A stretch of 64,000 nt of DNA. Origin: Nemertoderma westbladi (Eukaryota > Animalia > Xenacoelomorpha). The position numbers and the translations under genes were made by a program. Positions 12,630 to 23,794 of the stretch are shown here, in pieces. The DNA is taken from positions 12,532 through 76,531 of the forward strand of contig JAUCBJ010000071.1 in NCBI GenBank assembly GCA_032718475.1. Reading direction: 5' to 3'. The notes under the pieces are model-generated. The model saw nothing but the letters and a program-made list of their open reading frames with translations, did not search any database and was not told the origin of the DNA. Each line of letters opens with the position of its first letter. Position 1 is the first letter of the stretch.

Positions 12630-13397
12630 TTACCTACAGGAATCCCCTGTCACGTATTGTTTAAATGTTAACCAAATTAAATGGTACGGGATTATTATGT
12701 GATATAAACGCAGCGACCAGCTGTGGGTCACCATAAAGTCCCGACTGCGAGCCGCGTGACGGAAACTCGTGGCCTGTTGTTTGGAACAGGAGTGGCAATG
12801 GGGAAGGAACTCGCGTCGTGCAGCCGTGGCCACGTACAGCGGTGGCTGATGATCTGCTACGAACGGTTTCCAACCGAGTATCTGTCTGCTCCCGCATGTG
12901 TGGCACCCTAATACGCGACCCCGCCGCTGGATGGCTCTACGGCGGGCGGTGCTGGCGTAGCCGACCCCCGCGGCTATCGTTCGGTCGCATAGCAACCAGT
13001 GACGAGGTTTGGCGAACACTCCGGGGTGGAGTAGAGAACTGGGAACCAAGGAAGTAAAACGACCTCCCAACACACGGAATGTAACTAAACTTAACGAAAC
13101 ACAACACCCCCATTCCGTAAATGTCAAGCCGGTTGGTTCATCTGTTAAATCTTTAGTCGTATCTCGGAATTTATCGAATGTATATAAAGACAACGCACCA
13201 CTGGTTAGGTAGGCGGATAAAAATGTTACTGCTCCGCAACACGGAGCTATGTAAGTTAGGTTGTTCGATATTCCAAATGTCCGGAGTATTGTCCGCTGCA
13301 TGATCCCAAGAACGAGAGGGAAGTTAATGCTGTTAACGACAACAGCGTAAATTAAATTATTATAATCGGCCGTTAATGGTACCGGAACAGGAGCCAT
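12630..13397 (-). CDS. Uncharacterised protein with hydrophobic N-terminal helices and a C-terminal HNH-like zinc domain
   Basis: 255-aa ORF, GC-richer than its flanks, with motif GCHTCG...FVADHQPP...FLPHCHSCSKQQ. Confidence 0.7.
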   Translation of the reverse strand: MAPVPVPLTADYNNLIYAVVVNSINFPLVLGIMQRTILRTFGISNNLTYIAPCCGAVTFLSAYLTSGALSLYTFDKFRDTTKDLTDEPTGLTFTEWGCCVSLSLVTFRVLGGRFTSLVPSSLLHPGVFAKPRHWLLCDRTIAAGVGYASTARRRAIQRRGRVLGCHTCGSRQILGWKPFVADHQPPLYVATAARREFLPHCHSCSKQQATSFRHAARSRDFMVTHSWSLRLYHIIIPYHLIWLTFKQYVTGDSCR

Positions 13398-13901
13398 AAT
13401 GGTACCGGTACGATGAATCCACCGCGAGTCTGTACTTTCTGAAATTATCTTTGTATTGGAAGCCTACAGGCTGTGCGTACAATGCCTCATAATATTAGAG
13501 CACCCTCTGTGTAGCAGAAAATTTCCACCCGACCAAAAATTAACCTTCAATTCACCACCGCAATAATTCTGTCCTTGTAAATTAACATTCATTACCGGTA
13601 CTTTATTTGTAAATAATTGATGAAAAATTGGTAACTCTGCATACAGTACAATTCATAAAACGCAATTAGAAGACCGTTAGGGTTAGGGCTTATTGCTGTC
13701 AAAAAACGTATATTTATTTGTTTGTATGCCTGTCTGTCTGTATGTGCACATTGATATAGCTTGGAAGCTTTTATGGCAATGAGATAGGTACCGAGCCGTA
13801 GCATATGCACTGTCTGTACGTCTGTCTGTATTTGAACACTGTAATATTTATTTTTATATATATATCTGTATTATGGTAAATGGTATCAGACAAAAGCAAT
13901 A

Positions 13902-14986
13902 ATGGCAACGAATTCTTCTACGAAGAAACTGAAAGCAGGCGGAGGAAGAAACAGTCTTCCAGGATCAGGGAAGATTGACTTATCGAAGTTATTTAATTGC
14001 GATGGTTGCTCTGCTCTATTTACCGAAAAATCCGCATTTTCACTAGCCACACTGCCACATGTGGTACCGGTAGTGACACCAGCAGCCAGCACATTGATGA
14101 AGATCCCATTAAGAATATCTGCCCACATTGCAGCAAAGTTGTGTCAGGTAAAAACTGCTTGGGTTGCGACATATGTCATTCCTGGGTGCATAGCGCCTGT
14201 CTCATCGGATTATCAAACTCTGATGTAAATGTACTAGGCAAATGTAAAAATTGCAAAATTGTATGCAATGTCTGTGAATCGGGTGGAAGCCTAACAATTG
14301 TGAAAGAGAATGAAACTGCGGTACAACCTACCGGTTTATCTGCAAGTGATTTTATCAAATTCACCAATAAAATGGAAGAAAGTATTGCAGCGCAATTTGG
14401 TCTCCTTAATGAAGAGATCGATAGCCTCCGCAATGATTCTAACCCAGCTGACAACTTCCAGAAAGTTGTTTCTGGAAAACGAAATCGTAAGCTAAATCAA
14501 ATTGATTCCAAATATCCAAAATCGACTTCCGGTACGATCCCAATTGAAGATGTTGACAGAGAGGTTTCTGAGCAAAGAAAACGAGAACGAAATATTGTTG
14601 TCTCTGGTTTAGCGCCTCCTAGTAACGCTGTGAATGATGTTACCTTCTTGAATGATTTTCTTTATAAGGAATTCAAACAAGAGAATGCTGTCGAATCAGT
14701 CTGCTATCGTCGTCAAGCTAGTGATACCAAACAACCGATGTTTATAATCCGCCTGTCATCAATTGCATGTAGGTCTTCCATATTAAAGAATAAACGGAAA
14801 CTACGCGACTCAAACTCCACACACGGTATATATGTCTCCCCAGATCTGACCAAACTGCAGGCAACACAAGCATATGTTAAACGACAAGAAGCCCGTAATG
14901 CCCGGTCTTCAATAAGTAACCCCAGTCTTCTGCAAAATGGTACACCAATAATTGAAGCTTCCATTAACTTGCCCTCACAATCCTGA
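13902..14986 (+). pseudogene. LINE ORF1 (C2HC finger, PHD finger, coiled coil, RRM-like region) with a frameshift near 14040
   Basis: MATN...CDGC...F, then frameshift to SHTATC; CPHC..CDICHSWVHSAC..CNVC PHD finger; RERNIVVSGL and IYVSPDLT motifs. Confidence 0.8.
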
Positions 14987-14992
14987 AAACAC

Positions 14993-17900
14993 GTGCACTC
15001 AGCCACTGCATCTCTAAATTATATTAAGGCTAGTCCTACACATTCCCAATATAATGTTACTGCTGATGATGATGATGTAACTAACAATAAGACTGTAACC
15101 CCAACCCTTATTTGCATGAATTGCCGATCAATCCGGAACAAACTTTCAGCTCTGCAATTCCTACTAACCATTCATATGGGAAACCCGCTCATAATCTGTC
15201 TTACGGAAACACATCTTATTAATGATGAATCGGACGATATATTCTCCTGCCCTGAACTGAAAGACTTTAGTATATTTAGACGAGACCGCCCGGGGACAAC
15301 TAGCTCCAATCGTGGTGGTGGTGTTGCAATGTTAATATCGCAAGTACTTCAACCAATCAAGGTAGATTCTCCTTCAGTAGGTGAGTCTTTATGGGTCGAT
15401 TTATATGCATATAAAACGCCAATGCGGTTGGGCACAGTATACATTCCTGATGTAACTGCTGATAACATTAACTGTATAACCTCTGACTTTGAACTGTTCT
15501 GCCCGATAGAACTTACGCGACCTGTTATCATAACTGGAGACTTTAATCTCCGCCATATCGACTGGTCCATCCCAGCCCCATCTAATCAATGCCCATACCC
15601 AACTGTGGCCCAGCGATTTATTGATTCGATCTCTGACAGGTACCTAACACAACTGGTTCTAGAACCTACTCACACAGAGGGTGGTATCTTAGATCTTGTT
15701 TTCGCGACTGATCCGATGCTGATAGGTGATACAGCTGTTGGCAACCGCTTTGGTATTGGGGATAAACTCAGTGACCATTTTGTTATAACTTGTTCGGGGC
15801 TTCCCCCTATAAATAATGGAAACCTATCAATGGGGGGAGGTTGAGACTGATCTATTATCGAATGACCGAGAGAAAATTTAGTTGCCAATATTTCAGCCAC
15901 TATATTATAGATTGCAAAACAAACAATAATATAAATACAGGCCTTCATCAGGGCATACGGAGAGGCACGTAAGTTCATCAATAATGGAAACCTCCCCTCC
16001 AACCGGACTAGAGATTGGTCCAGAGCCAATTGGAATGAGATATGTGGTACTGCTTCGATGATTGATTGGTCTGACGTTGTCAACCCAAATTTGTCACCTC
16101 AAACAAACATTGAATCATTTGAGTTTATTCTACACTCTATTGTTTCAGACTGTGTACCCCTATCCACACCCAACTCACGAAAGGAAATCCCTGCGATAAA
16201 GAAGCTGCTACGCTCTATTTCCCGTATTAGACAAAAACTGAAACTCTCTTCCCAACCATGGCGCACTAAAGATCTCCAAGATAAGTTATTGGTACTGAAC
16301 AACAAATTGGAAGCAACATATCTTCAATCCCGAGCTGATAACGAAAACAGAATTTTGAGACACAAAAATTCTAAGAAATTCTGGAGATACACCAAATCGA
16401 ACCTCCATCGGAATAGTAATGTTTCCTCTTTGAAGGATCCTGCTGGTGTTACAGTTACAGGCGACAATGAACGCGCCAACTTATTAAACACGACCTTTCA
16501 GGCGGCCTTCACACAGGACAATGGATTAAATCCGCCACAACCCACCAAGCACCCTCCAGCTCAGAATCTATCAAACATACAGTTTGACAAAGTTGAAGTG
16601 TATAAAATTCTCAGTAAGCTCAAAGTTAACAAAGCTGCTGGCCCTGACAGAATTACGGCTGTACTGCTCAAGAGTATTTCTGTTTGGGTTGCTGAACCAA
16701 TCAGCTGCCTCTTTCAACAATGTTTCGATTCTGGTTTTGTCCCTGCATCCTGGCGGTTGGCCCACATAATTCCAATCTTCAAGAATAAAGGCCCACGCAC
16801 TGATCCGTCAAACTATCGACCTATTTCTCTAACAAGTCTACTGGTGAAAACAATGGAAACAATAATACGAAACCGTATGATTGCATACTTAGTCCGTATA
16901 AAGGTAATCAGTCCCCACCAACACGGTTTCCTCAAATCAAAATCAACTTTTACTCAACTACTTGAATGCAGCCTCGATTGGGCTACATTTCGTAACTCGA
17001 GTGTTGGTGTGGACATAATCTACACAGACTTCCAACGTGCATCCGATAAAGTTTCACACACAAAGTTTATATCAAAACTTCAATCATATGGTATACATGG
17101 CCAGCTGTTGGTCTGGCTCTCTGCCTTCCTCGCTGATCGCTGGCAACAAACAGTAATCAATGGGTCTCTATCCTCCCCCGTTCGTGTTACCAGTGGTGTT
17201 CCACAAGGGCGCGTTATTGCACCATTATTATTTATTGTCTATATAAATGACATCGTTGAGTCAATCTACCAACACCTTTATCAAGATGTATGCAGATGAC
17301 ACTAAATTGTATCGTCCAATATATTCCCCAACAGACTCATTAGCACTTCAACAAGATATAGACTCCTTGGTTTCATGGACCTCACAGTGGCAAATGAATT
17401 TTAACATTAAAAAATGCAGTGTTGTTCAACTACAAGCCCCACAGGTACATACAATACGGAGCTACTATATGGGTGATACAGAACTAGCCAATTCGAAAGA
17501 AGCCAGAGACCTTGGAATAATTATTTCCCCTGACCTTCGTTTCAGTGAACATGTTGCTCAAATTACAGCCAAAGCAAGAAACACCTGCTGTCAGATCCAT
17601 AGAGCGTTCGGTCACCGTGATGCCACATTCCAATGGGGGTTATACTGTACTTACGCCAGACCTATAATTGAACACAATAGTTCGATATGGTGCCCTAGTC
17701 TCGTTAAAGATATAGACATTCTAGAATGTTCTCAGCGATCTTTCATCCGTTACCTTCCTGGTATGTTTGGTCTCAGCTATGCCGACAGATTAGCAAGGTT
17801 CGATGCTAAGCCCCTGGAATATCGCAGAATATTCAATGACTTAGTCGAAATGTTCAAACTAATAAACGGTCTGAGTCCCCTCAGTGCTAATAATATTTTT

Positions 17901-18152
17901 CGGCTTGTTACGCGATCAACCAGAGGAAATGGGTGTAAGATATTCCTTCCACGATCAACAAATTGTATATTTCAAAATCATTTCGTAGTTCGGCGTATAT
18001 CCGTCTGGAACAGTCTCCCATCCAATGTAGTTCTATGCACAACTGTGTCATCATTTAAATCCCGCCTCGATAATGTGGATCTTCTACCTTACTGCAAGGG
18101 CTCTTGGAAGAACACAATGGACACTGTTTATATCCCCACACCCCGTAATTAA
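14993..18152 (+). pseudogene. LINE ORF2 (AP endonuclease and RT), broken by a 154-bp insertion and a frameshift near 17270
   Basis: NCRSI, LTETH, GDFN, LDLVF and SDH (APE); NYRPISL, QHGF, GVPQG and YADD (RT); DLGII and RRI..WNSLP in the C-terminus. Confidence 0.92.
15826..15979. mobile_element. 154-bp insertion with a 14-bp target-site duplication
   Basis: AATAATGGAAACCT at 15812-15825 and 15980-15993; removing the insert and one copy restores the ORF2 frame (INNGNLPSNRTRDWS). Confidence 0.85.
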
Positions 18153-20104
18153 CAGTTCAATATCCTATAATAATTTATTGTTAAAGTTATATTTTAAAAT
18201 TATGTTTTTATCAATATCAATATAATATTTTTACTATAATTATACTGTATATTTATTTTACTTAAATTACTCTGTGGTGCCTCATGCACGGCTGAGTGCA
18301 TTTTATTGCCCTATGTACCGGTAATATTTCTTGTATGTGAAAATTTTAACTGATGTGTCATTAAATCAAATCAATTCAATTCAATTCAGGGAAAATGCGT
18401 TACTTGTTGAGAGGTCAAGAATATGTGTCACAATAACTCTACCAAACTGTCCTTCTTAGGAGCTGACTGTCTTCTTATAGCCAGTTTGCTGTCTTTATAG
18501 TTAGGCCTACTACAGTAGGTCTAACCGGCAGCGTGGGATGCGCGAGCGAGGCCTAGCCTGTGTGCTGGGTGGAGTGCGGAGGCGCCTATTGTTTGCGCTG
18601 CTGCGCTCAAACTCCCTGTGCCTGCGTGGCGGTAGGCGGCCATGGAGGGCGCTCGGGTTTGGGGACGGTGCTGGTCTGCGGGGGTTTGACCTCCAAGACC
18701 GGTACTGAATCCAAGTTTTAGACTTGTGTTTGGTGGAGGGATGGAAAAATATTACTAAATTTAATTTTGGTGGTGGTGGAAATTAAAATTATTATTATAC
18801 TACAGTAGGTCTTATATAGTAGTCTTATATATATTATTAATAAACTAATAATTTACGGTTATTTTTTTGCTTTTTCTTTTACTATAGGACTGGACTATTG
18901 TACAGTACTGTACCTATTTTTACATTGCACACGGAGGTGATGAGATTTAACTGCAGATTACAAATAATGTTGATTGTTTTTCATATCATTAGGCAGAGCG
19001 TTCAAATTTTTAATACCGTTAAAAAAATGTATCAATCAGTTTTTAAGGATTTACAATAGTTTGAAGCACTACAGTAGCTCTGGTAGGCCTACTGTAAGAA
19101 TGTGTATCGCGAACTCTGTTACATTTTTGTTGTCTGTAATGGTGAAGGCGTAGCTGCTTAACTCTAGCCTACTATCTCAGTTAAGGGGACCACCCCCAAT
19201 GAAAGTGAAATTTGCGAAAATTGACGAAATAATCGAAAAAAATATTTTTCGTATATTTTTGTAGTTTGATATATGGGCTATCATGTCGGTCACATCATAT
19301 CGGTTTTCACCATCGAGTGATTTTTTCACCACAAAACAGCAATTTCATAATTTGACATTTTTGAAAAAAAAATCTTTATAAAAACAATATTAAATTAATT
19401 TCGAACATTTTGGCAATTTTCATCTATTAAATGTGAAAAATTAAAAAAATTAACCCCAAATGGCAGAATCCAAGAATGCTCATAATATTTGTGTAAAATA
19501 AAAAGACCAACAGTGTTTATGGCTGCTATTCATAAAAAAACAGCATTTTTCTCAGATTGTCGATTTTGACATTTTTCATCAATAAAATCCTTACTACTAC
19601 AGTATTTGATTTTATAAAGATACCAAAATATTCTGTATAGCTTTATGGCTACAATCGTGAGTATTGGTTTTCTAATAGGCCATTTGGATGTTCTGGATCC
19701 GATTTGAGGCTGATAATCGTTGTCTATCTCAAGATATATGAACCCCAAAATATACACCGAACATATACTAAAACCCCCATGTCATGTACTTTTCAAAAAC
19801 AATAATTCTTTGTTGAAATTTTCATAAAATATGGTCTATGTAGGTTCATTGTCCCAAACTCTTGGACCGAGAACTTCAACCCAGGCGAGGTATCCATGAT
19901 CCTTCTACATGAGATATTTTACAAATAAAAGCCTGGAAATTTATACAATTTAAAAAAAAACAGGCCTGAGCACAAAAAGTGCCATATTTTTCGAACAAAT
20001 GGGTTTACATTGATCATTGTGCTAAAATTTCATGTAAGCGGATTAAATTCCCTTACATTATGTACCTACCCAAAATGGGACCAGTGGCATTTTACCAGTA
20101 TAGT

Positions 20105-20667
20105 TGGCGATACGAGATTACCAATAATAATCTCGCCTCATAACCAACACGGGGGGGGGGGGGGGGGGGCGACACAGGCCCTAAAGCCACAGTGAGAGGT
20201 CAAACCACCTCGGAGAGAGAAGCCAGCTAGTCGAGGCTAGCAGCATGGGGTAACACCTACAGGGAGTGCCAAAGTGACAATTAGTATATAAGCCAATAGC
20301 GGGCTGGGGAGCACGTGGAGAAAGAAAGGAAAACATCCATTGGGTAGCGAAGGCCAAAGTAGAGTAGAGGTGAAACCAATATGTATGTGTATTAATCATA
20401 TAGTTACTCTGATTACTGGTTTACCGGTCAGTTCATCAATCACACAGTTAGGGACCGGCAATAGTTTCGACCGTCATTTCATATACTGCTGTTATCATTC
20501 TGTATTGCAATTTCTACTGTTATCTGTTATACATTCTGTGCTATTATCATTGGAACATTAACAACAAGAAACACAAACTTTCATTGCCCGTTCCTCGTAG
20601 CCCGTCATCTCTTGGCTTTGCCTCCTGAGAATGCCTTCCTTCGTGAGACGAAACCAACCGGATAATG
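20105..20667 (+). repeat. Possible solo LTR (BEL-like); boundaries uncertain
   Basis: Poly-G tract, TATATAA, TTATCTGTT/ATTCTGT-rich block and an AACCGG end, resembling the layout of the LTR at 56.4-57.35 kb. No TG...CA or TSD confirmed. Confidence 0.3.
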
Positions 20668-21096
20668 TTAACGTTCGAGAAAACATTTTTCACACGTGTT
20701 TTCTCCAGACAACTCTACTATGTAATTGATATGATAACTACACTAGTATAGGCCTACCTAGATCCACGCCCCACCCCGCAAATTTGTCTACAAATCTTAA
20801 TGAGAATGCATAAAAATTTGATGCAAAGATACAGTCCAGTAGTTTCACCTCCCTCCTCCTTGGGGTTAGCTAAAATTTTGATTATCTTTCAATCTTTAGC
20901 TACAAGCGTTTGAAAAGGTGTTAGAGGTCCCATTGCCATTTAAAGGAGCAGGTTACAGATGCGTGTTGGGGGAACTAAAACAATAAACAAAAGTTAACAC
21001 GTGTTTTGTACAGGTCTTTAGTCTTTGTTTTGTACTCACCCTTTCATTGGGTGATTGATTGTATTATTAAATTCAAATATTAACAATATTTTTAAC

Positions 21097-21342
21097 AACG
21101 CAGATTAAGATTCAGTGGGTACTGCTGGAGAAGTAAACATGAGCAGGTCATACCAGATCTACTTTTCTGGCAACCAACTCATGGAAAGCGTAGTCGTGGA
21201 CGACCGGCCATAACATATATAGATCAACTTGAAAGGGATACTGAACTTGGGAGAAACGAAATTGCGACAACTATGGAGAATCGGGAAGCCTGGAAGGATC
21301 TCATTTCCACTGTCCGAGTTCGCTCAACCTAGTAGTAGTAGT
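21097..21342 (+). mobile_element. 3' end of an RTE-type LINE (ORF2 C-terminus and (TAG)n tail)
   Basis: Translates RRLRFSGYCWRSKHEQVIPDLLFWQPTHGKRSRGRPAITYIDQLERDTELGRNEIATTMENREAWKDLISTVRVRST followed by TAGTAGTAG. Confidence 0.85.
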
Positions 21343-22014
21343 TGGAGAATCGGGAAGCCTGGAAGGATCTCATTTCCACTGTCCGAGTTCGCTCGACCTA
21401 GTAGTAGTAGTTGGAGAATCAGGAAGCCTGGAAGGATCTCATTTCCACTGTCCGAGTTCGCTCGACCTAGCAGTAGTAGTTGGAGAATCGGGAAGCCTGG
21501 AAGGATCTCATTTCCACTGTCCGAGTTCGCTCGACCTAGTAGTAGTAGTTAGAGAATCGGGAAGCCTGGAAGGATCTCATTTCCACTGTCCGAGTTCGCT
21601 CGACCTAGTAGTAGTAGTTGGAGAATCGGGAAGCCTGGAAGGATCTCATTTCCACTGTCCGAGTTCGCTCGACCTAGTAGTAGTTGGAGAATCGGGAAGC
21701 CTGGAAGGATCTCATTTCCACTGTCCGAGTTCGCTCGACCTAGTAGTAGTAGTTGGAGAATCGGGAAGCCTGGAAGGTTCTCATTTCTACTGTCCGAGTT
21801 CGCTCAACCTAGTAGTAGTAGTTGGAGAATCGGGAAGCCTGGAAGGATCTCATTTCCACTGTGCGAGTTCGCTCGACCTAGTAGTAGTAGTTGGAGAATC
21901 GGGAAGCCTGGAAGGATCTCATTTCTACTGTCCGAGTTCGCTCAACCTAGTAGTAGTTGGAGAATCGGGAAGCCTGAAGGATCTCATTTCTACTGTCCGA
22001 GCTCACACGACCTA
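21274..22014 (+). repeat. Tandem array of 11 units of 66-69 bp derived from the LINE terminus
   Basis: Unit TGGAGAATCGGGAAGCCTGGAAGGATCTCATTTCCACTGTCCGAGTTCGCTCGACC(TAG)3-4T starts at 21274, 21343, 21412, 21481, 21550, 21619, 21685, 21754, 21823, 21892 and 21958. Confidence 0.97.
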
Positions 22015-23343
22015 AATTATATTCTTATTACTCTTTAAGAATGTTATTCTTATATTTCTAAACTATCCATACATCTTAGATACTGATTTTGTACAATTAT
22101 GTACCGGTAGCATTGGCTTGTCAAATTGCATTCAAGATAAAAATCAAAAGATTAAAGGCCCCAAGATAAAAAGTAAAATTAATATTTATTATAATCAGAG
22201 GATTTTAGGATAAATTGATGTTTAAAGGTATACAAATGTATACGATAGGCAGGGATAAGCATTTTAGAGCAAGGCAAAGCTGCCAGTTCTGGAAAAACTA
22301 TGTGTATCGCAATCCCCTTATATATTTCTGTTTTTCCAAGTTTTTCCAGATTGTTTATTAAAAAGGGTTGATTTTCGATATAATAAGAACATTGAGCGAA
22401 ACAATATAATTTCTAAAATAACGTTAAATTGCCCCTTTTACAAAATAACTAATTATTACCAACAGCTGCGGTACATAGCATGCTAAAGTATCACCAACTG
22501 AAATACTACAATTCCTACATTAATAGTTGTTTATTTTTAAATTCAATTAATTACGTAATTAATATTTATAGTCAAATATAAATGAAAACCTGAAAATATC
22601 GTAAAGGAACAGCAACAGTGAAAGCAAATCTAATACTGTCGAAAGATTTATATCGAAACAACTTATTAAGACAGGAATTAATTTAATATTTTGTGAATTA
22701 ATTTTCTATGCGCAGCTGATATAGTAATAGTTTGGAGTCTATTCTGGAAATATTACCCTCCATTAAATAAATGCATTTATATTGGTAATCAATACATCGA
22801 TAAGGTAATATATATTGGCAACTATTTTTAGGCGTCGTAGGAAACGACTCAAACAGCTGATTGCCCCATAGGTAGCAATATAACCTGTTATTGGCAATTA
22901 TTTGCCGTTGCCATGGAGATTAACTACACAGTAGTTATCGTATATTTATTGGAGTTATGCAAATGAAGGATAATATCAGACCAGTTTAACTGTAATTAAT
23001 CACTACTTATTGAATAACGCAAAATTAATTTCTGTCAGCGGCCTATTTATTTATTTTCTATCGATACAATTTTACGTAAAAAACGATAAAATCAGGTTTC
23101 CAAAAGAGACGGAAATAATAAGAAAAAATAAATTCCAAAATTATTACCAAATACCAAATTTAATAATAAAATTAAATTTAATACCAAATTAAATTAGACT
23201 GCGGTTTTGAGCTGATAAAACCCTTTAATGCAGATGGTAAATAAAATTTACAAGAATAAAATAAACCAAAAAACAAAACTGACTAATTCGAAAAGTCAAA
23301 ACCGCATTCTAATTGAAGACGTTATTATTGTTTAATGATTCGC

Positions 23344-23494
23344 GCACAATATTTATATATAGACCTACCGGTATATGTTGGGCACAATATTTATATATAG
23401 ACCTACCGGTATATGTTGGGCACAATATATATATATAGACCTACCGGTATATGTTGGGCACAATATATATATATAGACCTACCGGTATATGTTG
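23344..23494. repeat. Minisatellite, 4 x 38 bp
   Basis: GCACAATAT(T/A)TATATATAGACCTACCGGTATATGTTGG at 23344, 23382, 23420 and 23458. Confidence 0.95.
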
Positions 23495-23794
23495 CGAACA
23501 TTTAAAAAAGTACGGTTTGTAAAATTAAAGTTATTGTATTATATATATAATATATATATATATCTGTAGTAAATTCCACAGGTAAACCTATTGGTCATAT
23601 ATATTATTATATATTACTTGCACAATAATAACCGATGTAGAGGTGATAATCAAGGATTTACTGGATAACAAAGTAAACCCAATCCAGTCTTCGGTACGTC
23701 AGCTAATCAACCTGAGGTGAAAATAAAGTAACGTGGAATTTTCACCAGAATGTTGAGTTTCTTCTAAGATCCTCGTTCGAGTCATTTTTTTTTA

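Larger units (their letters stand above)
13886..18388 (+). mobile_element. CR1/L2-group LINE, near full length, decayed (5' boundary approximate)
   Basis: ORF1 with a PHD finger, ORF2 with APE and RT, and a 3' UTR ending in a (CAAAT/CAATT)n microsatellite tail at about 18361-18388. Confidence 0.9.

Noticed and set aside
18525-18700. GC-rich island as a possible ncRNA or exon
   Set aside because: No recognisable RNA family, ORF or splice pattern that I can support.
19181-20100. Kolobok-like element starting TTAA|GGGGACCACCCC
   Set aside because: No matching right terminus found.
21274-22014. CRISPR-like regular array, and the 107-aa repeat ORF 21229..21552
   Set aside because: No unique spacers and no cas genes. 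The units are a LINE 3' end, and the ORF is an off-frame reading of the repeat.
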